Positions 35,920 through 43,994 of a DNA stretch of 53,434 nt are shown here, one piece after another. The stretch is from a virus (taxonomy: Duplodnaviria > Heunggongvirae > Uroviricota > Caudoviricetes). A program made the translations under genes and the position numbers. Each line of letters opens with the position of its first letter. Positions within the stretch are counted from its first letter, which is position 1. The stretch lies in IMG/VR virus record IMGVR_UViG_3300024265_000032; one strand, 5' to 3'. The notes under the pieces are model-generated. The model did no database searches and had not been told where the DNA came from. It saw only the letters and a list, made by a program, of their open reading frames with translations.

Positions 35920-36878
35920 TCAGGGCGACAATACGCATTCTTTTTTGCCCAATACCTGATCTTTTTGTCAAGTCCTTCTTTGTCTGGAGAAGCACAAGGC
36001 TGGAAGTCATCTTCACTTTCTAGTTGCCATGTGTCGTTGTCCGGATTGTAATAGTATGAACAATCTTCTCCCTTGTTGGCGATAAAGCATACCACATCAC
36101 CATCTAAATCCCAGTAACAATCCATCTCGTCGATCATCTCGTTGAACTCTAGCTTCTGCTTTTCTTCTGGCGTGACAGAAATCCATGCAGAATCGTAGTC
36201 ATCCCACCACTGAGAGCTATTGCCCGACCCAGTTTGACGGGTAGCTCCCAATTCTTCTTCGAAAATGTCGAGAAGAGGGGCATCCGGAATAAGACGCTTT
36301 CTTTTTCCTTCTGCGCCAGTCATATGGAAGCTCGTCTTCTTGGAGACCTTTGCTTTGTACTCATTTTCCCATTCTGTAGGATTTGAGCCGTTGAACGGAA
36401 CTCCATATTCTATTACCACATCTAATAGACTAATAGTGCCCGGCCCTGTGTTCATCTTCAGGCGACAGTACGCGCTGCCATCTTGGCCAATGATCAACAT
36501 GATCGCCCAGTTAGGATGAGAAAACGCTTTTTCGAAGTTTTTCTCATCGACGAAAGATGGGTCTGTAGAATTCCCTGGATGGGTGTGTGCAAGAATGTTC
36601 ATACATTGCCATGGTGCGAGACCTTCGTCCATCATGCGCTCTACGTATTCTGCGCTATCGTCTGAATCAAGATCGAATGTGACTATGGTACATTCTTGTT
36701 TGATCAAGACGAAGTCTGTGATCAACAGGGGGTCAGATGTTTCTGTGACACAATATCCAGCGACTTCTGTGTTGCCCTTGTCCCTCATCCAGATAAGTTT
36801 TGCCCAGGCATATGGCGTCAACTTCAGTTGCTTGCCAAACGTAAGTCGCGGTTTGCAAAATTCCTGTTCTTTTCCCAC
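35898..36878 (-). CDS. JAB/JAMM (MPN+) metallopeptidase with acidic C-terminal extension
   Basis: E38, H98-x-H100-x7-S108-x2-D111: exact JAMM spacing. Confidence 0.9.
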   Translation of the reverse strand: MGKEQEFCKPRLTFGKQLKLTPYAWAKLIWMRDKGNTEVAGYCVTETSDPLLITDFVLIKQECTIVTFDLDSDDSAEYVERMMDEGLAPWQCMNILAHTHPGNSTDPSFVDEKNFEKAFSHPNWAIMLIIGQDGSAYCRLKMNTGPGTISLLDVVIEYGVPFNGSNPTEWENEYKAKVSKKTSFHMTGAEGKRKRLIPDAPLLDIFEEELGATRQTGSGNSSQWWDDYDSAWISVTPEEKQKLEFNEMIDEMDCYWDLDGDVVCFIANKGEDCSYYYNPDNDTWQLESEDDFQPCASPDKEGLDKKIRYWAKKNAYCRPEWRKATA

Positions 36879-36894
36879 ATCGTTACCTTTCGTT

Positions 36895-38232
36895 TTAGTT
36901 GTTTACTTCTGCCAGCAAACAGTTGTGCTCTTCTTTGCATGACGAACACATAGACACACCACAATGATCACACGAGTTATCGATACAGTTTGAACACATT
37001 TCTTTGTCACATGATGGACAGTGCTTCAGGCACAAACTACAAGCATGTTCTCCACATTCTTCACATATTGTGAGACAATTATCACAATGTGAGTCTCCAC
37101 AATGGCAACATTCCCCGAGGCACTCATGACACACTTCGTCGTCACACTCACAAGACGTAGAGCATTCTTGACAAGAACGATTACTGCATTGAGCACATTC
37201 TTTTGTGCACTTTTTGCAATAGGAGTTTTGGCAACAACTACAAGATACGGTACATGATTTACACATTGACTCACCACAGCCGTTACATCCATTCATACAC
37301 TCATCACAATGCCACTCATCGCAACTGCTGCATTCGTCGATGGTGCCACAATCTCGACATCGACTGACTCCACACCCAGAACAATAGTAGATGATTTCGT
37401 CTGAATACCATTCTTCACATATGTCGCAAAGTGATTGACCATCTCTGTCTGGATCGTACCAGTCGTTAAGTGGCTCATAAGGAGAATCCTCGTTGTATGT
37501 GCGGACGATTGCTTCGACTATCCGAAAGTAATCTTCAAGCCTTCCTTGTCTTAGGGCGAGTTGCATTATGTCGCCGCCATCACCCTCGCAGAGTTGACCA
37601 TCTTTTACATGAGGATGACAGTATCCACTATTTCCTTCTATTGGACAGACAGCCTCTACGAGAAGCCCATAAATCAGACGATCGTCGTCCTGAACCCCTT
37701 TGCCCATAGGATCGTCAAGGTTGACACGCAAGATGAAATCGCCAAGGTCTACTGCTTCAGTGCCGTCGTCGAGAGACACATTGCCAATGTTTACGGATAA
37801 AACCCCCTCTCGGTATGTGACTTTATCCCATGCATCATTGATAATAGTCAGTTCCTGAATTGCTTCCTTGACTCCGAGTGGTTCACAAACTTCGTCGCTC
37901 ACCATAGATTCCATTAAGGCTGTGCATTTGTCCAGGGCGACTACCATGGTGTTTCTTAGGTCTGGAATCATTTCGTTGGCTATGTCGGCATACACCTTTG
38001 GGTTCGGAGTACCAATATGCCTTGCGGTCATTGCCCCTACTTCGACCTGAACACGAGGTGTCATCCCCGCCATGAAACGCTTGGTCCATTTCCCAAAAAT
38101 CCTTGACCTTACTTCGAGCCATTCTGTGTAGTTTGCTATCCTTTCTCGATATTCAGATATTGGCTCAAGAGCATTTTTGTGCATCCAATTGCGGTAATGA
38201 TTGGCGGCACGAACTACAAGTTTATCCTTCAT
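36895..38232 (-). CDS. E2-like (UBC-fold) conjugating enzyme fused to a tandem Cys/Zn repeat array
   Basis: HPHV-x2-G-x2-C215 mirrors the UBC HPN..G.IC active-site motif; ten C-x2-C-x4-C-x2-C units at the C-terminus; lies between Ubl and JAB. Confidence 0.75.
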   Translation of the reverse strand: MKDKLVVRAANHYRNWMHKNALEPISEYRERIANYTEWLEVRSRIFGKWTKRFMAGMTPRVQVEVGAMTARHIGTPNPKVYADIANEMIPDLRNTMVVALDKCTALMESMVSDEVCEPLGVKEAIQELTIINDAWDKVTYREGVLSVNIGNVSLDDGTEAVDLGDFILRVNLDDPMGKGVQDDDRLIYGLLVEAVCPIEGNSGYCHPHVKDGQLCEGDGGDIMQLALRQGRLEDYFRIVEAIVRTYNEDSPYEPLNDWYDPDRDGQSLCDICEEWYSDEIIYYCSGCGVSRCRDCGTIDECSSCDEWHCDECMNGCNGCGESMCKSCTVSCSCCQNSYCKKCTKECAQCSNRSCQECSTSCECDDEVCHECLGECCHCGDSHCDNCLTICEECGEHACSLCLKHCPSCDKEMCSNCIDNSCDHCGVSMCSSCKEEHNCLLAEVNN

Positions 38233-38314
38233 GGTTGATTCCTTGTGTCAGTCCACCCATTTCGGCTTGTTTGGTTGCGAATTTTTCTTCTGTCATCGGA
38301 AGAACCTCTCGCGG

Positions 38315-38346
38315 AAAAAAGGAGGGGGACATTTCTGCCCCCCTCC
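38315..38346 (-). terminator. Rho-independent terminator after the Ubl gene
   Basis: GGAGGGGGGCA-GAAA-TGTCCCCCTCC (11 bp, one G-U, GNRA loop) followed by TTTTTT. Confidence 0.85.
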
Positions 38347-38366
38347 TAGCACGTAGCACCACCTGA

Positions 38367-38600
38367 TTAGGCTCCGTCAACCTTCACAGGTGCAAGACTT
38401 ACACGATCACCTTCGCAGAGAACGTAATCCCGGTGTGCCTCGACCGAGGTTCCATTCGCTCGTATACGAATCGTGAACTCATCCGGGTCACCATCGAAGG
38501 CAATCTCCAGGAACTTCTCCAGGGTCGTACCTTCTACGACTGGAGTCTTGACTGGTAGCCCAGCGCCCCCATTATGAACCAAAGTCACGTTAATCATCAT
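38367..38600 (-). CDS. ubiquitin-like (beta-grasp, ThiS/MoaD-like) protein ending ...PVKVDG-A
   Basis: 77 aa from ATG 38600 (GGGAG RBS); G.TL..FL, IR.NG, L.EGD.VSL.P pattern; penultimate Gly. Confidence 0.85.
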   Translation of the reverse strand: MMINVTLVHNGGAGLPVKTPVVEGTTLEKFLEIAFDGDPDEFTIRIRANGTSVEAHRDYVLCEGDRVSLAPVKVDGA

Positions 38601-38658
38601 GATCTCCCTAAAAATTGGACTATTGTCCATTCCTCAAATCGGGACAGATGAACACCAT

Positions 38659-39132
38659 CTATCCTATTGTTCCCGCATGAAGTTGTGCATGATGTCTTTT
38701 GCACAACCATCTAACATCCAACGGTTTTGAATAATCTTCGTGGTGGGCGTCAGTTTCTTCTTTGTCGCAAATTTCACACGGTTGGCGTATCAACCTACCA
38801 GTATGTATGGCCCATTCAACCTTGTCGTGTGCTGATGCTTTTTCCTTGTTGTTTACTCTATAGCAGTAAAAACACCGCCAACCCTGTTTGCGTCCGTATT
38901 CAAAGTGTTGTTTTCTGTCACGTCCACACTTCGGGCAAATGACATAATTTTTTTCTTGTTTGATGATAGGTGGAAGATTATTCTTTGCTCGTTCTTTGTT
39001 TTCTGCTCGTCTAGACCTTCGTAGTCTATTTTCACACGAACGGCATCTCCATCCGCGACCCCTGTTGTGTTTATCCCTTCGTTGTTTACGATTTCCTCCG
39101 CATTTGGGACACACTGATTTGTTCTTAGACAT
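38659..39132 (-). CDS. HNH-type (His-Cys) putative homing endonuclease with N-terminal Zn fingers
   Basis: A...V..AI..G.L.RQPCEIC.....DAHHEDYSKPLDVRWLC..HH...H. Confidence 0.8.
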   Translation of the reverse strand: MSKNKSVCPKCGGNRKQRRDKHNRGRGWRCRSCENRLRRSRRAENKERAKNNLPPIIKQEKNYVICPKCGRDRKQHFEYGRKQGWRCFYCYRVNNKEKASAHDKVEWAIHTGRLIRQPCEICDKEETDAHHEDYSKPLDVRWLCKRHHAQLHAGTIG

Positions 39133-39144
39133 AACACAACATCT

Positions 39145-39387
39145 TTACATATGAGCTATTAGCTCCCATTCTTTGTCGGTGATTTTTCGTGTCACCGAAT
39201 TCCAATCCATGGGCAATCCAACGCAAGCGCATTCTAGTGCTTTTTCATGTGTACTCCCCCTTCCGTAAGAACATAGACCTTTAGGAGAAAAACGCACCAT
39301 CACATTGAACGTATAGTTCATCTGATTAGGTGGAACATCCTCGCATGTCATTCCGACAAACGCAATTTTCTGAGCCCATGTGACCAT
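39145..39387 (-). CDS. hypothetical protein
   Basis: 80-aa ORF on the coding strand. Confidence 0.5.
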   Translation of the reverse strand: MVTWAQKIAFVGMTCEDVPPNQMNYTFNVMVRFSPKGLCSYGRGSTHEKALECACVGLPMDWNSVTRKITDKEWELIAHM

Positions 39388-39396
39388 TGTTTACCC

Positions 39397-39783
39397 CTAA
39401 CTCTCTATGAACTTAGACACAGCAAGCTTGATACTGGGAAGAACGTCTGGTCCGCATGTGTTGCAAAATTCTCCAGCGACGCACTCGCAAGACACAGTAG
39501 CCACCCATAAATGACCTAAGTCTGTCCGGTTTCCTTCGATTTGCTGCTCGTTCAGAGCATTGCCGAACATATTCACACCTCTTCGAAGATGTGCTTCCTC
39601 GATTTTGCCCTCCACATAGTTAGAGACTGCGTGTAGTTTCTCAGACAACTCAGTAAGTGAGTCAGCAAGATTCGAAAGGTCTTCGGTAAATTCGGTCTGA
39701 TTTTTCCCTGCTACATCTGCCATTTCTTGACCGATCTTCCTATCTAACGCATCTGCTGTCTCGATATCTAACTTCATGTTCAT
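39397..39783 (-). CDS. hypothetical protein
   Basis: 128 aa, ATGA overlap, GGAG RBS. Confidence 0.55.
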   Translation of the reverse strand: MNMKLDIETADALDRKIGQEMADVAGKNQTEFTEDLSNLADSLTELSEKLHAVSNYVEGKIEEAHLRRGVNMFGNALNEQQIEGNRTDLGHLWVATVSCECVAGEFCNTCGPDVLPSIKLAVSKFIES

Positions 39784-40034
39784 TTGTCTCTCCTTCTTGT
39801 TCGTGGTTTGGGTTTCGCCTTGGGCTTAACCTTCTTGTCAATCTCGGTCTTGGCCTCTTGACGTATCCTTTTGCGTCCTGCGTCGATCGCCTCATTCCAC
39901 CTGCGACGAGTCTTGTCGGCTGCATACAGGTAGCCGTTCCCTTCGGCATACAGAGCCAGCAACTCTTCATTAGTTGTTGCACTCTTGATGCGGTCCAGAA
40001 GACTGACAGGTTTGAAGTCAACAGCGTTCACCAT
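39780..40034 (-). CDS. basic hypothetical protein
   Basis: 84 aa, AAGGAG RBS. Confidence 0.55.
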   Translation of the reverse strand: MVNAVDFKPVSLLDRIKSATTNEELLALYAEGNGYLYAADKTRRRWNEAIDAGRKRIRQEAKTEIDKKVKPKAKPKPRTRRRDK

Positions 40035-40037
40035 AAT

Positions 40038-40268
40038 TTACTCCTTTATGTCGCCTAGTATTGCAACGTTGGCCATCAGCCGACCACATAGTACGTCAAT
40101 GCTGGTACTCTCTAGCTGAATTTCTCCAAGAGAATTGATATCAGACATATCGCTTGATGATAATCTCATCAATCTTTCCCCCAAGATTTTACATCTTTGG
40201 GAAAGTTCACGTTTGTCTCCATCAACGCGAATTTTGAGTTTCAATTGCAAATTTTCCATTGCTATCAT
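40038..40268 (-). CDS. coiled-coil hypothetical protein
   Basis: Start trimmed to 40268. Confidence 0.5.
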   Translation of the reverse strand: MIAMENLQLKLKIRVDGDKRELSQRCKILGERLMRLSSSDMSDINSLGEIQLESTSIDVLCGRLMANVAILGDIKE

Positions 40269-40269
40269 G

Positions 40270-40476
40270 TCAATTGCCTTTTTTCTTGTAAAAGAAGAAT
40301 GCATTAATAGCATCGACACCGAGACTGAACACCCACGCCACTGTCATTGTGATCAACGTTCCATTCTCCGACATGATGGTTTGTGCTTGACTTCCGTATT
40401 CAAGCTCTAAGAAGCCAAACGCAAGTATCACGAGCATAGTGAGTGCCAAAACGATCGGGAACCAAGCTGTCATCAT
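40270..40476 (-). CDS. small two-TM membrane protein
   Basis: AAGGAG RBS, two hydrophobic spans. Confidence 0.55.
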   Translation of the reverse strand: MMTAWFPIVLALTMLVILAFGFLELEYGSQAQTIMSENGTLITMTVAWVFSLGVDAINAFFFYKKKGN

Positions 40477-40533
40477 TATCTCCTTTTAGACACAGGTCAA
40501 ACCGGATTACGCTCGACTATCCCGTTGCAGTAG

Positions 40534-40992
40534 CTACAACCCGCACATTTCCATCATGTCTTGTTTGCAATCAGGACATACGCACGCTTTGTCGTCGGGG
40601 TCGGTTATATACGTGTGATAACATTGATCTCCATGGCATTCACGAATGTCTATTTCTCCATGGATAAACCTCTCCACTAGGTCAACGAAGCTATCTCTAG
40701 TTAGATGGGGATCGTTAAACAACGCATCCGCCACTGACTGAGAGATATCAAGGTACTTGGCCAGATAGAATGTATTGATGTGCCACGTTTTCTTGCAATG
40801 ATTTGCGTGTCTCATCGCTTCAGACGTTACTTTGAGTAGATCAGCCAACTCAGGGTGACGAGTGATGTAATGGCCTATTGGACACATAGTTATCACACCA
40901 TCTTTATCACACCACCACGTATTGAAACGCAGAGATTCATCTGGTATCTCTTTCGATTCCTCGACGATCTGCATGATAAGTTCAGCGTTCAT
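40534..40992 (-). CDS. hypothetical protein with C-terminal Cys cluster
   Basis: Start trimmed to 40992 (GAGGGGAG RBS, ATGA overlap). Confidence 0.55.
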   Translation of the reverse strand: MNAELIMQIVEESKEIPDESLRFNTWWCDKDGVITMCPIGHYITRHPELADLLKVTSEAMRHANHCKKTWHINTFYLAKYLDISQSVADALFNDPHLTRDSFVDLVERFIHGEIDIRECHGDQCYHTYITDPDDKACVCPDCKQDMMEMCGL

Positions 40993-41540
40993 ACAACACT
41001 CCCCTCGGTTGTTAATATACCCAAGTCTTTCAGCGTTACGAGTTTTTCGAACTGCAATTGTCCTCCATAAGATGCGTACTCTGGGCACACAGCATCGCGG
41101 ACTACATCAATTTCGACCACGTCGCTGTTTTCAAATAGACCTCGTACCGTTGCCGCCACACAGTTAGGTCCATAGACACCACAAACAAGTAGGTTTGTAG
41201 ACCATGCTGGATGTGATTCTATACACGCGATAACCTGTCTGCCACCATCGCAATCATGTTTGGTTACAGTGTCTTTGTGCGGGTATCCCCGAAGTGCTTG
41301 TGTGATTTCTTGATCGGTCTCCCCCGACCCAGAATATTCCACCACGATGATCGCCCATTTCTTGGCAATTGCGTGTCTTATCATCGCTATGATGTTTGGA
41401 ATGATTTTCTCTTCGTCTGCTTCGATGAACAATTCCTGCATGTCGATGATGACTAGTGTCTGTTCTGGTTCAAATTCGATCTGATGTTCGTGGAGACGGA
41501 ACACTGCTTTTCTTTTCGCTGCTCTTGCAAATGCATTCAT
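40989..41540 (-). CDS. isochorismatase/cysteine-hydrolase family protein
   Basis: LVIIDMQ (Asp), TK (Lys), VCGVYGPNCV..T (Cys). Confidence 0.8.
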   Translation of the reverse strand: MNAFARAAKRKAVFRLHEHQIEFEPEQTLVIIDMQELFIEADEEKIIPNIIAMIRHAIAKKWAIIVVEYSGSGETDQEITQALRGYPHKDTVTKHDCDGGRQVIACIESHPAWSTNLLVCGVYGPNCVAATVRGLFENSDVVEIDVVRDAVCPEYASYGGQLQFEKLVTLKDLGILTTEGSVV

Positions 41541-41549
41541 GGTTATTTC

Positions 41550-41828
41550 CTAGTGGGTTGGTGATTCGATTTCGTCTTCGCGCCCTTCCATCAACAACGC
41601 GATGTTGTTTGATATTTCCTCCATCCTCTCGATGTGCCTTTGGACGACCGACATTGCGTCGTCGATCAGTTCATCTGGTGTCAACCGGTGGTCACCTTTG
41701 CACACTATCCTTCGCTGATTCGCACCAGAGTTGACCATGGTCATCCACTTCATGGCATACAGATCGCACATCCTGAGTGCTGTTTGCATCCGAACCAGTC
41801 GAGCTTCTTGTTTTTGTGTTAAAGCCAT
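41550..41828 (-). CDS. hypothetical protein
   Basis: 92 aa, AGGAG RBS. Confidence 0.55.
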   Translation of the reverse strand: MALTQKQEARLVRMQTALRMCDLYAMKWMTMVNSGANQRRIVCKGDHRLTPDELIDDAMSVVQRHIERMEEISNNIALLMEGREDEIESPTH

Positions 41829-41962
41829 TCTGAATTACTCCTGATTGAGACAGGCATTGATCGCCGTTTGTACACCTTCAACGTATTTGGCGTCTTCCAC
41901 GTCCACTCCACCACAGGCGTGCGCCAACACGAGACTTTCTATGCCATCGACAAGTGTGTGTA

Positions 41963-42208
41963 TCATGACTTATCTCTTTTTCTTGCCTCGGAGAAGCCCT
42001 CTAGTTGTTCCAGTTCGTGACGCAAAGGGCCTAGTGCCAATTGCCACCTTGCCCCTCTACCTTCCAAGTAGGCCAGAGTAAGTCTCTTGGCTTTGATCAT
42101 GAGTTTAAGTTCCTCATTACTGTGTGCGAATGCTTCCCCAAGAGTACCAACAGTGATTCCCTCTTCGAGTTCCCCAGCCCGTTTGAATTCTTCTTCTGTG
42201 ATTCTCAT
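41963..42208 (-). CDS. hypothetical protein
   Basis: 81 aa. Confidence 0.55.
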   Translation of the reverse strand: MRITEEEFKRAGELEEGITVGTLGEAFAHSNEELKLMIKAKRLTLAYLEGRGARWQLALGPLRHELEQLEGFSEARKRDKS

Positions 42209-42212
42209 GGGT

Positions 42213-42524
42213 TCATCTTCCTTTCGGTGGGTCAGGACGAAAATATTCCTTTTCGCTATCTACTAGTTCATCTTCGAGAGCAGTGCCGATGAACCCGTCT
42301 ACAAACTCAATTTCATATGCTATCGGATGCCCAGTCTCGCCTCTTTCTTTCAAGGTTTGAATATTCCACCCGTCGTTGTCTACGAATTTCAACACAGTGA
42401 CCTTCTGATGGGAATGATACCACAACTCAGCATCACAAGACGATGCGGATTCTTCACAGTGATATTCGAAGAACAACTCTTGACCGATCGTTCTGACATC
42501 TTCTGTTGTTGGTAATGGGATCAT
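42213..42524 (-). CDS. hypothetical protein
   Basis: 103 aa, ATGA overlap. Confidence 0.55.
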   Translation of the reverse strand: MIPLPTTEDVRTIGQELFFEYHCEESASSCDAELWYHSHQKVTVLKFVDNDGWNIQTLKERGETGHPIAYEIEFVDGFIGTALEDELVDSEKEYFRPDPPKGR

Positions 42525-42790
42525 GATTGTTTCCTCTTAACTACTAACCACCATCCGGGATTTTTCCCTTGTATAATCCATGCTTCCGCCACCATGTTTT
42601 CCGTTTTACATGTGGGATAGTAAAAACACCATGCTCCAACACAACCCTGTTTGTATGCGCCAGGATAGCTTTCTCTGACAATGCGTAATGCATCCTCAAT
42701 GGTGTTTACTCGTTGTTTTTTGCCGTCTAGGTTAAAGATTTCTCGCATAGGCCCTTCCCGATTCTGTGACTGAAAACCCGCCATCTCCAT
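42521..42790 (-). CDS. hypothetical protein, paralog of 51355-51567
   Basis: YP...G.W.F...VA.AW...WW.VVK motif; probable start MREIF. Confidence 0.55.
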   Translation of the reverse strand: MEMAGFQSQNREGPMREIFNLDGKKQRVNTIEDALRIVRESYPGAYKQGCVGAWCFYYPTCKTENMVAEAWIIQGKNPGWWLVVKRKQS

Positions 42791-43169
42791 CTGATATTAG
42801 GAAACCCCTATGGCGAAGAGTCATTACGTCGTCCTCGTTGGCCACCCTTGCAGAGCCCCACCAGCAAAATTCTCCGTTGTGTTCGCGTACTGTGTTTTCG
42901 TTGCTGAACTCTTCCAGCATCTGTTTGGCAGCAGACGACAGGGGTAGATGTCTTTCTGTGAATTCGTATACGGTGAGTGGAGATTGTATCTCTTGTTGGA
43001 TATCGAAACACTTGCCACACGCCTCTGCGCCGATCCATTCTCCAGACCAATCGTTGGGTAGTATCATACCTGCATGGACAGGTATTCCCTTGCTGTTGTC
43101 TGTGTAAACGCCACACACATAGCACTTTGCCGTCCGACACTGAAGATCGATTACAAGAATGTCTGACAT
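42732..43169 (-). CDS. Zn-finger + winged-helix-like hypothetical protein
   Basis: CYVC, CGKC, L..RGFL......F.VTE.G. Confidence 0.5.
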   Translation of the reverse strand: MSDILVIDLQCRTAKCYVCGVYTDNSKGIPVHAGMILPNDWSGEWIGAEACGKCFDIQQEIQSPLTVYEFTERHLPLSSAAKQMLEEFSNENTVREHNGEFCWWGSARVANEDDVMTLRHRGFLISDGDGGFSVTESGRAYARNL

Positions 43170-43260
43170 GATGTTCTCCAGTTGTTTTGGCCCACAATTT
43201 GTTTACACACCATTTACCACAGCGGCGGGCTACTGCGTCATGTGGTGAATCTTTAACCAT

Positions 43261-43333
43261 TGCCCCTGCGGAGATTCGAACTCCGGTTTGTGGCTTGAAG
43301 GGCCACCGTCCTGGTCCACTAGACGACAGGGGC
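43261..43333 (-). tRNA. trnE: tRNA-Glu(UUC), CCA not encoded, C at position 33
   Basis: Cloverleaf GCCCCTG/CAGGGGC, anticodon stem GTGGC/GCCAC with loop CCTTCAA, T-loop TTCGAAT. Confidence 0.88.
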
Positions 43334-43404
43334 TAAGTGGACTGAAGGTACAATTACATGTACGCCGTTACCCCTGTGTCGATTCACAGAGCACAGTCCT
43401 ACTA

Positions 43405-43551
43405 TCACGATTTTCTCTTTCCTTGGTTTTCGGATGACGCTTTGACCGCATCAAGTGCCGCTCTGTATTGACAGACACACAGAGAGTAGCCGACTTTGTA
43501 GCCTACAAGGTATCCTATGACGATGCTTACTATGGATATTGTAATCATCAT
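43405..43551 (-). CDS. small single-pass membrane protein (48 aa, absent from ORF track)
   Basis: ATGA overlap with upstream stop; MMITISIVSIVIGYLVGYKVG... Confidence 0.55.
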   Translation of the reverse strand: MMITISIVSIVIGYLVGYKVGYSLCVCQYRAALDAVKASSENQGKRKS

Positions 43552-43994
43552 TTTGAAATCTCCGGGATTACCATACTAAACAAAGCGCCAGGCTGTACTC
43601 TATTGTCTACATCAATGTCCCCGACCACTGATCCACACACTTCACACCATCTGATAGTCGTGATATCCGCTCCTGATGGTCCAGAGATGTTGTCTCCACA
43701 ATACGTGGCCACTATTTTCAGACGATGATTACCCTTCCGACAATCAGCCATTCTGTCTTCAAAGCTGTTGTTATCGGGCTCAGGTAATTCATAATCGTCA
43801 AGTGGCATCAACATTCCTAGACGAATCATTAGTGGTGTGGAGCTAAACACAAGTGCCCTGATGGTTTTTGGCCACTCATCCATCATGTGGACAAAGTTCT
43901 CAGAGCCACGATACTTATTAATCAACGACTGAAGCTTCATCAACAACTCTCGCTTTGATCTACACACCGCAAGTCTCCTTTTCAGTGCGCTCAC
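43548..43994 (-). CDS. hypothetical protein (probable start ~43940)
   Basis: ORF on the coding strand, C...H...C..C motif. Confidence 0.5.
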   Translation of the reverse strand: MSALKRRLAVCRSKRELLMKLQSLINKYRGSENFVHMMDEWPKTIRALVFSSTPLMIRLGMLMPLDDYELPEPDNNSFEDRMADCRKGNHRLKIVATYCGDNISGPSGADITTIRWCEVCGSVVGDIDVDNRVQPGALFSMVIPEISK

